Assembly (NCBI RefSeq): GCF_051903065.1
Contig: NZ_CP178438.1
Direction: 5' to 3' (one strand)
DNA from: Escherichia coli
GTDB taxonomy: Bacteria > Pseudomonadota > Gammaproteobacteria > Enterobacterales > Enterobacteriaceae
Length of the DNA stretch: 64,000 nucleotides
Below, piece by piece: positions 37,203 through 48,749 of the stretch (its first letter is position 1; each line of letters begins with the position of its first letter). The notes under the pieces are model-generated. The model ran no database searches and was not told where the DNA came from. It saw nothing but the letters and a program-made list of their open reading frames with translations. The position numbers were made by a program, and so were the translations under genes.

Positions 37203-38858
37203 TTAATCAGATTTAATCTGCGCGCGTGGTGGATACTTTTTCAGGATCTCCATATACGCGTGCATTTCGGTCTGTAGCGGTACACCCATCGGAATATGGC
37301 GCACGCCGATAGAGTCGCTCTCCTGCGGATCGGTGTACAGGTTAAACACCGACGATCCGGCTGTTTGCATTACTGTGCCGGTGAATCCACCCTGATATCC
37401 GCTCTGGGTATAAGCGTAAGGTTGCTGAATCAGGACGTGATACTTGAATTCATCCATACGCACAGCAGCGAGTTTACCGTTGAGGAAGTAGTGCTCGGCC
37501 TTACGGTTAGACTGACCATTTGTTCCCAGGAAGAAAGATGTCTGGTCCACACCATCGATAAAGGTGGTTTTCGGCACTAAATTCGCCACTTTCGCGCCAG
37601 GATGCCCTGCCAGATCCAGCGCGGTAGGGAAGAGATCTGCCAGATCGACAATACCGTCAGATTTACGCGGTTGGATCATCCCTTTCCAGTACACGAAAGT
37701 CGGAACGCGAACGCCGCCTTCCCAGGTAGATCCTTTCGCACCACGGAACGGTGTGCGTCCGTGCGGCGGTACTTCGGCTTCCGGTCCGTTATCGGAGGTA
37801 AAGACAATCAGCGTGTTATCAAGCTGACCGTTTTTCTCTAGTGCTTTATACAGATTAGCGAACACATCGTTCATTTCCACCATGCAGTCGCCATACGAGG
37901 TGCGTGCCGGAGAGCTACCCGCATATTTGGCGTTCGGGTAGTTATCGAAGTGACAGCCGCGAGTGCCGTAATAGAGGAAGAAAGGCTTCTCACTCTTCGC
38001 CATCTTGTCGAGGAACTTAACGCCATATTCCATCCAGCGTTGATCCAGATCTTCCATATATTTCGGCGTAATGTCGGCAATGGCCTGTTGTTCGCCGCCG
38101 CGCACCGCATGAACGTCATCTTTGCTAAATGGTAATTGCTTGATGTATTCAGAACGGTCCGGACTCAGGGCCACTTCCGGATTGACGTGAACGTCGCGCC
38201 ATTCGGTGTACATATCAGACACCGAGTTAAAGCCACGGAAATCATCAAAGCCAACGTTCTGCGGCTGCGACTCTTTGTTTTCCCCCATATGCCATTTCCC
38301 GATGGCCTGAGTGACGTAGCCCTGATCGTGCAGCAACTGCGGCAGCGTGGTTAACCCTTGCAGCCCGCCCGGTTGCCCGTACATTGGCGGCATCAGAATG
38401 CCGTGGTGGATGGAGTATTGTCCGGTGAGAATGGTGGCGCGGGTTGGGGAAGAGCTTGGTTGAGAATACGCCGAAGTTAAAATCAGCCCCTGGCTGGCAA
38501 CGGCGTCGATATCTGGTGTAGGGTTACCCACCGCCACGCCGCCACCGTTAAAACCGACGTCCATCCAGCCCACATCGTCCAGCAAGAAAACAACCACATT
38601 CGGTTTCTTACCGGTTTTTTTCTCAAGTTCTGCCAGCTTCTGCTGGGTTTCTTTATCCTGCGCCGGATGCTGCATTACTGGCATCATGTTGTCGGCAATA
38701 GTGGTCGCCGGTTTAACCAGATACTGGTTTGGGTGATCGTATCCGGCAAAGCCTTTGCGTGCGGTGGCAGTTGAAGGGGTATCTGCTGCGCTGGCCATGA
38801 GAGGAAGAGCGGCGGCGACAGCAACAACAAGAAGTTTGGGTGAAAACGAAAATTCCAT
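37203..38858 (-). CDS. aslA: arylsulfatase-like protein
   Basis: 551-aa ORF with signal peptide and sulfatase signature ([27 protein letters not shown] region). Confidence 0.9.
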   Translation of the reverse strand: MEFSFSPKLLVVAVAAALPLMASAADTPSTATARKGFAGYDHPNQYLVKPATTIADNMMPVMQHPAQDKETQQKLAELEKKTGKKPNVVVFLLDDVGWMDVGFNGGGVAVGNPTPDIDAVASQGLILTSAYSQPSSSPTRATILTGQYSIHHGILMPPMYGQPGGLQGLTTLPQLLHDQGYVTQAIGKWHMGENKESQPQNVGFDDFRGFNSVSDMYTEWRDVHVNPEVALSPDRSEYIKQLPFSKDDVHAVRGGEQQAIADITPKYMEDLDQRWMEYGVKFLDKMAKSEKPFFLYYGTRGCHFDNYPNAKYAGSSPARTSYGDCMVEMNDVFANLYKALEKNGQLDNTLIVFTSDNGPEAEVPPHGRTPFRGAKGSTWEGGVRVPTFVYWKGMIQPRKSDGIVDLADLFPTALDLAGHPGAKVANLVPKTTFIDGVDQTSFFLGTNGQSNRKAEHYFLNGKLAAVRMDEFKYHVLIQQPYAYTQSGYQGGFTGTVMQTAGSSVFNLYTDPQESDSIGVRHIPMGVPLQTEMHAYMEILKKYPPRAQIKSD

Positions 38859-39282
38859 GCAAAATGCTCCGGTTTCATGTCATCAAAATGATGACGTAAT
38901 TAAGCATTGATAATTGAGATCCCTCTCCCTGACAGGATGATTACATAAATAATAGTGACAAAAATAAATTATTTATTTATCCAGAAAATGAATTGGAAAA
39001 TCAGGAGAGCGTTTCCAATCCTACCTCTGGCGCAGTTGATATGTAAGGCAGGTTTATTATATCGCGTTGATTATTGATGCTGTTTTTAGTTTTAACGGCA
39101 ATTAATATATGCGTTATTAATTGAATGAATTTTATCATTCATAATAAGTATGTGTAGGATCAAGCTCAGGTTAAATATTCACTCAGGAAGTTATTACTCA
39201 GGAAGCCAAGAGGATTACAGAATTATCTCATAACAAGTGTTAAGGGATGTTATTTCCCGATTCTCTGTGGCATAATAAACGA

Positions 39283-39489
39283 GTAGATGCTCATTCCATC
39301 TCTTATGTTCGCCTTAGTGCCTCATAAACTCCGGAATGACGCAGAGCCGTTTACGGTGCTTATCGTCCACTGACAGATGTCGCTTATGCCTCATCAGACA
39401 CCATGGACACAACGTTGAGTGAAGCACCCACTTGTTGTCATACAGACCTGTTTTAACGCCTGCTCCGTAGTAAGAGCAGGCGTTTTTTT
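39283..39489 (+). ncRNA. glmZ: GlmZ small RNA
   Basis: starts GTAGATGCTCATTCCATCTCTTATG...; ends with hairpin gcctgctccgtagtaagagcaggc plus T7 on the + strand between minus-strand aslA and hemY; recognised as GlmZ from memory. Confidence 0.75.
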
Positions 39490-39536
39490 ATGTGTCAGGA
39501 AGGCCCCGGAGGTGCTTGCCTCCGGGTGAGAAGGAA

Positions 39537-40733
39537 CTACTGTGGTGGGTTGTTCTGCAACGTTAACATCAAACCGTCGCGACGCATCGCTGCAGCTTCT
39601 TCCGGCTTGTGCAGTCTGTCCAGCGCGTCGGCAAGCCATGCGTAATCGTAGGCGTCCGGACGTTGTTTCAGCGCTGCGCGGAAGGCGAGCGATGCTTCCT
39701 GCCATTCTCCGTGCTTCATCAGTGACTGGCCCAGTGTGCTCCACAACAGCGGGCGATCGCCGACGTTTTTGATTTGCTGGCGCAGCACTTTTTCAAGCTG
39801 TTCAGGGTTATTGGTTTTCAGACGCGGGATCGGCAGCAGTAGGCGATCGTCATACTGGCGTTTCAGGCCGTCGATGATAATTTGCTGGGCAGTATCATGA
39901 TCGTCACATTCAATAAGATGTTCCGCCATTGCCACCTGCAACGCTACCTGATGACGCGTTTTCCGGCTTTGGTTTTTCCACCAGTTACGCAAACCTTCGC
40001 TACCGTTATCGGCACGCGCCTGATCCATCAGGCCAATCCATGCCTGTTGTTCCAGCATTGCACGATGTTCTTCATCACCAACATGGGCTTTCGCCATTGA
40101 TGGGATAATATCCAGCAGCGAACTCCATGCACCTGTGCGGATATACGCCTGTTCCGCCAGACGTAATACTTCCGGATGGCGTGGCGTAACTTCCAGCAGC
40201 TTATCCACGCCGTGGCGTGCAGCATGGTTTTCATTACGGGCCAGTTGCAGACGTACACGGGTGATTTCTACCGGAATGGTGTCATTGCCGGCCAGCTCCG
40301 CTGCGCGTTCCAGATGTTGGTTGGCGCGCGCTTCATCACCACGTTGTTGCGCGGCTTCGGCAGCCAGTAGATAGTTCACCACCGGTTGTTCAGCGTGATC
40401 GGCATTTTTCGCCATCAGCTTTTCAACTTGCTGATAATCGCCTTCCGCCAGTTTCAGCAGCGCCTGTTCGGTCTGCTTACGTGCACGGCGACGCTTACGC
40501 CCGACAAACCACCCACGGGTGTGCGCGCCAGTGCGGAAGATCCGCCGCAGTAGCCACTCAATGGCAAACAGCACTACCATCGCCAGAATCAATATGATCG
40601 CCAGGCCCGTGACGCTGGTTTCGATATTGTAGTTGTCGGTCTGGATCAGCACATAACCCTGATGACCGGCAATCATCGGGCCAACCACGATCCCCGCAAT
40701 CAGCAACACAAAGAGCAATAACACTTTTAGCAT
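39537..40733 (-). CDS. hemY: heme biosynthesis-associated TPR membrane protein HemY
   Basis: 398-aa ORF, N-terminal TM helices then TPR-like repeats. Confidence 0.9.
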   Translation of the reverse strand: MLKVLLLFVLLIAGIVVGPMIAGHQGYVLIQTDNYNIETSVTGLAIILILAMVVLFAIEWLLRRIFRTGAHTRGWFVGRKRRRARKQTEQALLKLAEGDYQQVEKLMAKNADHAEQPVVNYLLAAEAAQQRGDEARANQHLERAAELAGNDTIPVEITRVRLQLARNENHAARHGVDKLLEVTPRHPEVLRLAEQAYIRTGAWSSLLDIIPSMAKAHVGDEEHRAMLEQQAWIGLMDQARADNGSEGLRNWWKNQSRKTRHQVALQVAMAEHLIECDDHDTAQQIIIDGLKRQYDDRLLLPIPRLKTNNPEQLEKVLRQQIKNVGDRPLLWSTLGQSLMKHGEWQEASLAFRAALKQRPDAYDYAWLADALDRLHKPEEAAAMRRDGLMLTLQNNPPQ

Positions 40734-40735
40734 GG

Positions 40736-41965
40736 TTATTCTCCTTGCGGCGCGGCTGCCGGAGTATCAGCTTGCGGTGCAGGTGCAGGTGCAGGTGCAG
40801 GTGCAGGTGCAGGTGCAGGTGCAGGTGCAGGTGCAGGTTTAGCTTCCGTTGTCTCCGCTGCCGGTTGTGCCAGCAGGTTACGCACGCGAGTCTGCATCAG
40901 TTTTTCCAGCATCGCCTGGCTTTGCAGGGTTTCCGGAAGATCCATCGAGATATTTTGCTGGCTTAACTGGTCCACCTCGTCGAGGAACGCTTTGGTGGTG
41001 GCATCATCAGTATCGTAGTAAGCACGTACCCAGGTGGAGACGTTCTCCAGCGCCTGGCGATAAGTCTCTTCCTGATGACGCGGTACAGCTTGTGCTGCGA
41101 CCAGCAGGCGAGAGCGAATATTTTCGCGCAGATAGATATCCTGATTTGGCGCTAACAGCGGTACGGCGGTGTCATCACGACGGCGAATCGTAATGAAGTT
41201 GTCCATAAAGTTCTGCCAGCTTTTTTGCAGATTGATACGCCATTCGCTGATGGAACTGGAAAGCTCTTCACCGTCGGAATCCATCGGCGAACCATCGCTG
41301 TCATTATCGGCCAGACGCAGGTTATCTACCTGATTTGAAAGCTGATTAAGCTTAAGGATGATGCCGTCATAATCCACCTGCGATACTGCAGAAAGGCTGG
41401 CGATATCATCGGTAATTGCCCGACGAACGGTAATCAAACTCGGGTCATTCATATCCGCCAGGCTGGCGTCTGCACTTTTCAGCAACGCTGCAGCGGTCGT
41501 GACGTCCTGATCGCTCCACAGCTTCCGTCCGGCGAGTTTCACCAGAAAATCGGCCTGAGCCAGCAGCCAGGTTTTAGCATCGCTGCCGGAAATGGTGGCG
41601 ACCTTTTGTTGGACTTCATCCAACTGTTTTGCCAGCGTTTCTTGCTGACGATTCGCCTGCTTAAGTTGTGCAGCTTGTTGCTTAATAATGCCTTCCAGCT
41701 CGGCTTTTTGGCTCTCCTGGGCTTTTTGCAATGCCGTCAGTTGGTTAGCCAGGGCATCGCTGGTGGCGGTCTGATTGACGGCCTGTTGTTTACCCCAGCC
41801 ATACAAACCGACGCCTGCCGCCAGAGCAATAGCGATAGCCACCGCACTGAGAATCAATGCGGTATTGTTCTTACTCTTTTTTTCTGTTGCGACAGGTTGT
41901 GACGTGGTGTCCACGGCCTCCCTGGTCTCTTCAACCACGGCGGAGGTTTTTTCTTGTTCCGTCAT
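40736..41965 (-). CDS. hemX: HemX (uroporphyrinogen-III C-methyltransferase-like membrane protein)
   Basis: 409-aa ORF with coiled-coil region and a C-terminal Pro-Ala repeat tract. Confidence 0.88.
   Translation of the reverse strand: MTEQEKTSAVVEETREAVDTTSQPVATEKKSKNNTALILSAVAIAIALAAGVGLYGWGKQQAVNQTATSDALANQLTALQKAQESQKAELEGIIKQQAAQLKQANRQQETLAKQLDEVQQKVATISGSDAKTWLLAQADFLVKLAGRKLWSDQDVTTAAALLKSADASLADMNDPSLITVRRAITDDIASLSAVSQVDYDGIILKLNQLSNQVDNLRLADNDSDGSPMDSDGEELSSSISEWRINLQKSWQNFMDNFITIRRRDDTAVPLLAPNQDIYLRENIRSRLLVAAQAVPRHQEETYRQALENVSTWVRAYYDTDDATTKAFLDEVDQLSQQNISMDLPETLQSQAMLEKLMQTRVRNLLAQPAAETTEAKPAPAPAPAPAPAPAPAPAPAPQADTPAAAPQGE
40777..40836. repeat. perfect hexanucleotide tandem repeat (gtgcag)x10 encoding (PA)n in hemX
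   Basis: 10 uninterrupted gtgcag units read directly; the + strand frame gives an (RC)10 artefact ORF. Confidence 0.95.
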
Positions 41966-41986
41966 TATGGCTTCCTGTTATGAGAG

Positions 41987-42727
41987 TTATTGTAATGCCC
42001 GTAAAAGCGCATCGTTGTCAGCGTTATCGGCGACCTTAATGTCTTGCCAGCCCAGTTCCCGGGCGAGTTTCGCCAAACGCTCACTGACGACCAATAGTCG
42101 ACAGTGTAGTAACCAGTGCTCACGATACCATTGTGGGATCAGCGACCAGAGTTGCTGCAACATTTCACCGCTGGTAACAACGACCGTCGTCACCTCGCGG
42201 GATTGCCAGCGCATCGCTTCTTCTGCACCATCGTAATGGATTGCGCATCGTTGATAACATTCACAAAAAGTGACCTCAGCACCGCGCGCCGTCAGGGTAT
42301 CCCCAATTAGCTCACGACCGCCATTGCCACGTAATATCAGCGCACGTTTGCCCGCAATATTTTGTAATTCAGGTAATTGTAGCAAGACTTCGCTGATTTC
42401 CCGATCCTGTGGGTAGAGAATCTTCTGTCCGCTTACGGTATGTAGCGCCAGTGCGGTGGTGCGTCCAATGGCGAAATAAGTAGGTAGTCGGGGCCATTTA
42501 CGATCTTGCTGATGCAGCTGTGATTGGGCAAAAGCAACCGCGTGTTGCGAGAGGGCAAACAACAGATCGCTCTCCCCCAGCGCTGCCAGTTGATCAGCAA
42601 GTTGCGGTAATTGTCGACCCGGAGAAAACTCAATCAGCGGAAAATGCCAGGCCACCTGCCCCAGTGTGCGCAGACGGCTCACTAACTCTTCTCCAGCGGG
42701 AGACGGGCGGGTGACAAGGATACTCAT
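41987..42727 (-). CDS. hemD: uroporphyrinogen-III synthase
   Basis: 246-aa [26 protein letters not shown]. Confidence 0.92.
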   Translation of the reverse strand: MSILVTRPSPAGEELVSRLRTLGQVAWHFPLIEFSPGRQLPQLADQLAALGESDLLFALSQHAVAFAQSQLHQQDRKWPRLPTYFAIGRTTALALHTVSGQKILYPQDREISEVLLQLPELQNIAGKRALILRGNGGRELIGDTLTARGAEVTFCECYQRCAIHYDGAEEAMRWQSREVTTVVVTSGEMLQQLWSLIPQWYREHWLLHCRLLVVSERLAKLARELGWQDIKVADNADNDALLRALQ

Positions 42728-43665
42728 GCCGGGGCGTCTCCGTTATAGACTTCAGCGAGGATCTCGCGCGCGCCGTTATTCAGTAGCTCTTCTGCCAGCG
42801 AAATCCCCATTTGTTCGGCATCTTGCGGCGCACCGCGGCGTTCACCGCGAATAATCTGCGAACCGTCCGGCGCGCCGACCAGCGCACGCAGCCAGATTTC
42901 GCCATCAATAAGCTCGGCGTAGCTACCAATTGGCACCTGACATCCGCCTTCGAGACGGGTATTCATGGCGCGTTCTGCGGTAACGCGCAGTGCAGTTTCG
43001 TGGTGATTCAGCGCGGCAAGCAGCTCGCGAGTGCGTGAATCATCAAGGCGGCATTCAATACCGACTGCACCTTGTCCTACCGCCGGAAGAGAAATCTCGG
43101 GTGGCAACGCGGCGCGAATGCGGGACTCCAGACCTAAACGTTTTAGTCCGGCTACGGCAAGAATGATGGCATCGTATTCGCCGTTATCCAGTTTGCTCAG
43201 GCGAGTGCCGACGTTGCCGCGCAGGGAGCGGATAATCAGATCCGGGCGGCGTTCAGCCAGTTGGCACTGGCGACGTAAACTGGACGTCCCGACGATACTG
43301 CCTGCCGGTAACGCATCCAGACTGTCATAGTTATTGGACACAAAGGCATCGCGAGGATCTTCACGCTCACAAATAGTGACCAGTCCCAGACCTTGCGGGA
43401 ATTCAACCGGCACATCTTTCATTGAGTGTACGGCGATATCGGCGCGATTTTCGAGGAGCGCGACTTCCAGCTCTTTTACAAATAAGCCTTTTCCGCCTAC
43501 TTTCGCCAGCGGCGTATCAAGAATCACATCGCCGCGCGTCACCATCGGTACCAGTTCAACGACCAGGCCCGGATGGCTCGCCATCAACTTGTCTTTGACA
43601 TAGTGTGCCTGCCAGAGTGCAAGTGGGCTTTGGCGTGTGGCAATTCTTAAAACATTGTCTAACAT
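42724..43665 (-). CDS. hemC: porphobilinogen deaminase (hydroxymethylbilane synthase)
   Basis: ORF 42724-43686 trimmed to [20 protein letters not shown] (313 aa); overlaps hemD start. Confidence 0.92.
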
Positions 43666-44051
43666 GCTTGTTACCGTCATTATCATCCGTGGTCCATCCT
43701 AACATCCTTGCCAGAGTGATGTCAGTGTTGTGGTGAAACGTAGACGCCTGCGCAAACCGTAAAATGAGGTCTGGCAGTGGATCCTGACAGGCGTTTCACG
43801 CCGTCGTAATAAGGAATTTACAGAGAATAAACGGTGCTACACTTGTATGTAGCGCATCTTTCTTTACGGTCAATCAGCAAGGTGTTAAATTGATCACGTT
43901 TTAGACCATTTTTTCGTCGTGAAACTAAAAAAACCAGGCGCGAAAAGTGGTAACGGTTACCTTTGACATACGAAATATCCCGAATGCCGCGTGTTACCGT
44001 TGATGTTGGCGGAATCACAGTCATGACGGGTAGCAAATCAGGCGATACGTC

Positions 44052-46598
44052 TTGTACCTCTATATTGAGACTCTGAAACAGAGACTGGATGCCATAAATC
44101 AATTGCGTGTGGATCGCGCGCTTGCTGCTATGGGGCCTGCATTCCAACAGGTCTACAGTCTACTGCCGACATTGTTGCACTATCACCATCCGCTAATGCC
44201 GGGTTACCTTGATGGTAACGTTCCCAAAGGCATTTGCCTTTACACGCCTGATGAAACTCAACGCCACTACCTGAACGAGCTTGAACTGTATCGTGGAATG
44301 TCAGTACAGGACCCGCCGAAAGGTGAGCTTCCAATTACTGGTGTATACACCATGGGCAGCACTTCGTCCGTAGGGCAAAGTTGTTCCTCTGACCTGGATA
44401 TCTGGGTCTGTCATCAATCCTGGCTCGATAGCGAAGAGCGCCAGTTGCTACAACGTAAATGTAGCCTGCTGGAAAGCTGGGCCGCCTCGCTGGGTGTGGA
44501 AGTCAGCTTCTTCCTGATTGATGAAAACCGCTTCCGTCATAATGAAAGTGGCAGTCTGGGGGGCGAAGATTGTGGCTCCACCCAGCATATACTGTTGCTT
44601 GACGAATTTTATCGTACCGCCGTGCGTCTCGCCGGTAAGCGTATTCTGTGGAATATGGTGCCGTGCGACGAAGAAGAGCATTACGACGACTATGTGATGA
44701 CGCTTTACGCGCAGGGCGTGCTGACGCCAAATGAATGGCTGGATCTCGGTGGCTTAAGCTCGCTTTCTGCTGAAGAGTACTTTGGTGCCAGCCTTTGGCA
44801 GCTCTACAAGAGTATCGATTCCCCATACAAAGCGGTACTGAAAACACTGCTGCTGGAAGCCTATTCCTGGGAATACCCGAACCCACGTCTGCTGGCGAAA
44901 GATATCAAACAGCGTTTGCACGACGGCGAGATTGTATCGTTTGGCCTCGATCCGTACTGCATGATGCTGGAGCGAGTTACTGAATACCTGACGGCGATTG
45001 AAGATTTCACCCGTCTGGATTTAGTACGTCGCTGCTTCTATTTAAAAGTGTGCGAAAAGCTCAGCCGTGAACGCGCCTGTGTAGGCTGGCGTCGCGCAGT
45101 GTTGAGCCAGTTAGTGAGCGAGTGGGGTTGGGACGAAGCTCGTCTGGCAATGCTCGATAACCGCGCTAACTGGAAGATTGATCAGGTGCGTGAGGCGCAC
45201 AACGAGTTGCTCGACGCGATGATGCAGAGCTACCGTAATCTGATCCGCTTTGCGCGTCGCAATAACCTTAGCGTCTCCGCCAGTCCGCAGGATATCGGCG
45301 TGCTGACGCGTAAGCTGTATGCCGCGTTTGAAGCATTACCAGGTAAAGTGACGCTGGTAAACCCGCAGATTTCACCCGATCTCTCGGAACCGAATCTGAC
45401 CTTTATTTATGTGCCGCCGGGCCGAGCTAACCGTTCAGGTTGGTATCTGTATAACCGCGCGCCAAATATTGAGTCGATCATCAGCCATCAGCCGCTGGAA
45501 TATAACCGTTACCTGAATAAACTGGTGGCGTGGGCATGGTTTAACGGCCTGCTGACCTCGCGCACCCGCTTGTATATTAAAGGTAACGGCATTGTCGATT
45601 TGCCTAAGTTGCAGGAGATGGTCGCCGACGTGTCGCACCATTTCCCGCTGCGCTTACCTGCACCGACACCGAAGGCGCTCTACAGCCCGTGTGAGATCCG
45701 CCATCTGGCGATTATCGTTAACCTGGAATATGACCCGACAGCTGCGTTCCGCAATCAGGTGGTGCATTTCGATTTCCGTAAGCTGGATGTCTTCAGCTTT
45801 GGCGAGAATCAAAATTGCCTGGTAGGTAGCGTTGACCTGCTGTATCGCAACTCGTGGAATGAAGTGCGTACGCTGCACTTCAACGGCGAGCAATCGATGA
45901 TCGAAGCCCTGAAAACTATTCTCGGCAAAATGCATCAGGACGCCGCACCGCCAGATAGCGTGGAAGTCTTCTGTTATAGCCAGCATCTGCGCGGCTTAAT
46001 TCGTACTCGCGTGCAGCAACTGGTTTCTGAGTGTATTGAATTGCGTCTTTCCAGCACCCGCCAGGAAACCGGGCGTTTCAAGGCGCTGCGCGTTTCTGGT
46101 CAAACCTGGGGCTTGTTCTTCGAACGCCTGAATGTATCGGTACAGAAACTGGAGAACGCCATCGAGTTTTATGGCGCTATTTCGCATAACAAACTGCACG
46201 GCCTGTCAGTGCAGGTTGAAACCAATCACGTCAAATTACCGGCGGTGGTGGACGGCTTTGCCAGCGAAGGGATCATCCAATTCTTCTTCGAAGAAACGCA
46301 AGACGAGAATGGCTTTAATATCTACATTCTCGACGAAAGCAACCGGGTTGAGGTGTATCACCACTGCGAAGGCAGCAAAGAGGAGCTGGTACGTGACGTC
46401 AGTCGCTTCTACTCGTCATCGCATGACCGTTTTACCTACGGCTCAAGCTTCATCAACTTCAACCTGCCGCAGTTCTATCAGATTGTGAAGGTTGATGGTC
46501 GTGAACAGGTGATTCCGTTCCGCACAAAATCTATCGGTAACATGCCGCCTGCCAATCAGGATCACGATACGCCGCTATTACAGCAGTATTTTTCGTGA
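44052..46598 (+). CDS. cyaA: adenylate cyclase (class I)
   Basis: 848-aa ORF beginning at a TTG codon (positions 44052-44054 = ttg), N-terminus (M)[19 protein letters not shown]. Confidence 0.93.
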   Translation: MYLYIETLKQRLDAINQLRVDRALAAMGPAFQQVYSLLPTLLHYHHPLMPGYLDGNVPKGICLYTPDETQRHYLNELELYRGMSVQDPPKGELPITGVYTMGSTSSVGQSCSSDLDIWVCHQSWLDSEERQLLQRKCSLLESWAASLGVEVSFFLIDENRFRHNESGSLGGEDCGSTQHILLLDEFYRTAVRLAGKRILWNMVPCDEEEHYDDYVMTLYAQGVLTPNEWLDLGGLSSLSAEEYFGASLWQLYKSIDSPYKAVLKTLLLEAYSWEYPNPRLLAKDIKQRLHDGEIVSFGLDPYCMMLERVTEYLTAIEDFTRLDLVRRCFYLKVCEKLSRERACVGWRRAVLSQLVSEWGWDEARLAMLDNRANWKIDQVREAHNELLDAMMQSYRNLIRFARRNNLSVSASPQDIGVLTRKLYAAFEALPGKVTLVNPQISPDLSEPNLTFIYVPPGRANRSGWYLYNRAPNIESIISHQPLEYNRYLNKLVAWAWFNGLLTSRTRLYIKGNGIVDLPKLQEMVADVSHHFPLRLPAPTPKALYSPCEIRHLAIIVNLEYDPTAAFRNQVVHFDFRKLDVFSFGENQNCLVGSVDLLYRNSWNEVRTLHFNGEQSMIEALKTILGKMHQDAAPPDSVEVFCYSQHLRGLIRTRVQQLVSECIELRLSSTRQETGRFKALRVSGQTWGLFFERLNVSVQKLENAIEFYGAISHNKLHGLSVQVETNHVKLPAVVDGFASEGIIQFFFEETQDENGFNIYILDESNRVEVYHHCEGSKEELVRDVSRFYSSSHDRFTYGSSFINFNLPQFYQIVKVDGREQVIPFRTKSIGNMPPANQDHDTPLLQQYFS

Positions 46599-46637
46599 TG
46601 AACGTGCCGGAAAGCGAGGCTTATCCGGCATGCAATC

Positions 46638-46958
46638 TTAGCGGAAACTGACTGTTTCACCCGCCTGCTGCGTCGCCGCCTGTTCCAGCAAATCCCAGAA
46701 GGTTTCGCCGCTGCGATCGCAAATCCACTCATCGCCTTTCAGATCAAAATGGTAGCCGCCTTGTTTGGTTGCCAGCCATACCTGGTGCAGCGGTTCCTGG
46801 CGGTTGATAATGATTTTGCTGCCATTCTCAAAGGTAATGGTCAGCACGCCGCCGTTGATTTCGCAGTCGATATCGCTGTCGCCATCCCAGTCGTCCAGGC
46901 GTTCTTCAATGGTCAGCCAGAGTTGATCAGCCAGGCGATGAAATTCACTGTCGTTCAT
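46638..46958 (-). CDS. cyaY: frataxin homolog CyaY
   Basis: 106-aa [36 protein letters not shown]. Confidence 0.93.
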
Positions 46959-47040
46959 TGTTGTATCCTGTTTTTAAGTGATGGCGGCAGTATAAGTTGT
47001 TTCGTCTAACAGTGAAATCAACATGGTTCGGCTATAAAAC

Positions 47041-47466
47041 TTAACCTACATACCTCGTCCCATTCCAACGCAAGATTGTATCCTCGTCGCATAAAAGGTT
47101 GTGTACGCCATGATTCTTTTCTTTCATCAGGCTGATTTTGCTACAAAAATAATCAATGTTAATTTTGGAGTTATCCGGGGTCATAATACTGCAAGCCATA
47201 GTTGGTGCGTCACTCGCGGTATATCCACAATCGTCTTTCCCGCAGGCAGCGGGAGGCGTGGAGGGTGAATACGTGCAGTTAAGCGTTTCGGAAATGCCAT
47301 CATCGTTAATGTCGAGGGGACGGCTAATCTCATCGCTGTCAGTGCCTAATGTGGTTGCATCCAGGATGACGTTTGGTTTTTGTATCTCGCTTGTGGCCGC
47401 GTAATTGAAGCTGCTTGCGGCCATTATGCCTAGAGCTATGCCAATCCGTAAGGCTATTTTTTGCAT
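47041..47466 (-). CDS. small secreted Cys-rich protein of unknown function
   Basis: 141-aa ORF with N-terminal signal peptide (MQKIALRIGIALGIMAASSFNYA) and 6 Cys; its start overlaps the stop of the upstream gene by 13 nt; AT-rich. Confidence 0.6.
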   Translation of the reverse strand: MQKIALRIGIALGIMAASSFNYAATSEIQKPNVILDATTLGTDSDEISRPLDINDDGISETLNCTYSPSTPPAACGKDDCGYTASDAPTMACSIMTPDNSKINIDYFCSKISLMKEKNHGVHNLLCDEDTILRWNGTRYVG

Positions 47467-48749
47467 CCTGGTTCCTCTGTAATAATCATAATGTCTCTGT
47501 TTTGAACTTCACGCACATTCTCTTCTCTGACACGAGTTTTCGCCGGACAGGGGGATGGCGTAATCCTGACCTCTGTATCGGTCCAGGTATAAACATTGCG
47601 ATCGTCATAAGCGAAGCGATCGTTTTTAATTAGCGGGCCGTTAGTTGGAATAATTTGCACGCTCTTTGACCGTAATTGGCGGATAAAGTAAACATGTTGT
47701 TTGCCGCCATTAAATGAGTTATCAATGACCAGGTCTGGCGAATCCAGCGGAATTATTTCAAGCTGGTCTTCACCAAAAGTCGATAATTTTGTTACATACA
47801 GACGATCTTTATACTGCGCAATATTGCCAGTAATCAGATGAAATTGTTCAGGTTCAATATCCGGTAGGTCTATCCACTTGCTCCACTGACGGTCGGGCGA
47901 GAGCTGTTTACGCCAGCGAACGCGACTTTCCCCCACTTCAAAAGAGACGTCATCATCTACGGGTATCGCTTTGCCAGATAATTGCCCAAAGGGATAACGA
48001 TGCAGACCATTGTTGTCGCGAAAAACCAGCAGTGAATGAGGTATCCAGCGAATTATCTCAAATGAGTCTGCATTCGCCGTAAGGTGAACGCCATTTAAAT
48101 AAATATTCTGCCCACTGCGGATAAGCAGATCATTGGAATACAAATTTCTGTTTACACTCATAAGACGTGGATTAATACCCCACCATCTTTTTTCTAATAC
48201 AGTAACATTACTGCTGCTCCCCTGACGTCGACCGGACAAATAGAGATTTTTACTATCCACCAGCGTGGTAGAGTTACCTTCGATAGCTTTTAGTGTCGCC
48301 AGATCAACACGTGACGCGCCGCTATTACTTTCGGTGCGCTGTCCATCAAAATAGAGGCTATATTTATCGACCGCGAAGCGGCCCATAGCCTGAAAGCTGG
48401 CAATATCGACAGTGGGTATTCCCGGTGGATTGCTAACGATTTTGCCACGCCAGAGAATAACGCGGCCGTCTGTCACCCAGTGGTATTCCTCATTTTTTAT
48501 GCTTATTTCATCGGTGGGTATATAGCCTTCCACTAACTCCCGCTCCCCGGATATATTTGTCACAAGGCGCAAATCGGCTCTGTTCATCTTCGGAAATTGG
48601 GCAATGATTTTCTCATCCTCCCCATAACCTTTACCGTAAGACATGACACCGTGATCATTGTAATAGTCGAACCCTATGGCCTGTACAGCAGGTGTCAGAA
48701 ATGTGTGCCCCAACAGGATGAGTGCAACTGTGATTATTTGACCATTCAT
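47454..48749 (-). CDS. secreted DKNYY-like repeat protein, paralog B
   Basis: 431-aa ORF, signal peptide (MNGQIITVALILLGHTFLTPAVQA); recurring motifs (DKYSLYFDG, NIYLNGVHLTANADSFEI, DDRNVYTW); clearly homologous to the ORF at 48746-50224. Confidence 0.7.
   Translation of the reverse strand: MNGQIITVALILLGHTFLTPAVQAIGFDYYNDHGVMSYGKGYGEDEKIIAQFPKMNRADLRLVTNISGERELVEGYIPTDEISIKNEEYHWVTDGRVILWRGKIVSNPPGIPTVDIASFQAMGRFAVDKYSLYFDGQRTESNSGASRVDLATLKAIEGNSTTLVDSKNLYLSGRRQGSSSNVTVLEKRWWGINPRLMSVNRNLYSNDLLIRSGQNIYLNGVHLTANADSFEIIRWIPHSLLVFRDNNGLHRYPFGQLSGKAIPVDDDVSFEVGESRVRWRKQLSPDRQWSKWIDLPDIEPEQFHLITGNIAQYKDRLYVTKLSTFGEDQLEIIPLDSPDLVIDNSFNGGKQHVYFIRQLRSKSVQIIPTNGPLIKNDRFAYDDRNVYTWTDTEVRITPSPCPAKTRVREENVREVQNRDIMIITEEPGCKK

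Noticed and set aside
39394-39744. 116-aa minus-strand ORF spanning the hemY 3' end and the intergenic region
   Set aside because: It overlaps the hemY coding frame and the glmZ sRNA; no independent support.
40745-40966. + strand ORF encoding (RC)10
   Set aside because: Artefact of reading the hemX hexanucleotide repeat in the wrong frame and strand.
46600-46637. Possible REP element between cyaA and cyaY
   Set aside because: Only a weak imperfect palindrome (ccggaaagcgaggcttatccgg); it may simply be a terminator hairpin for the convergent genes, so it was not called as REP.
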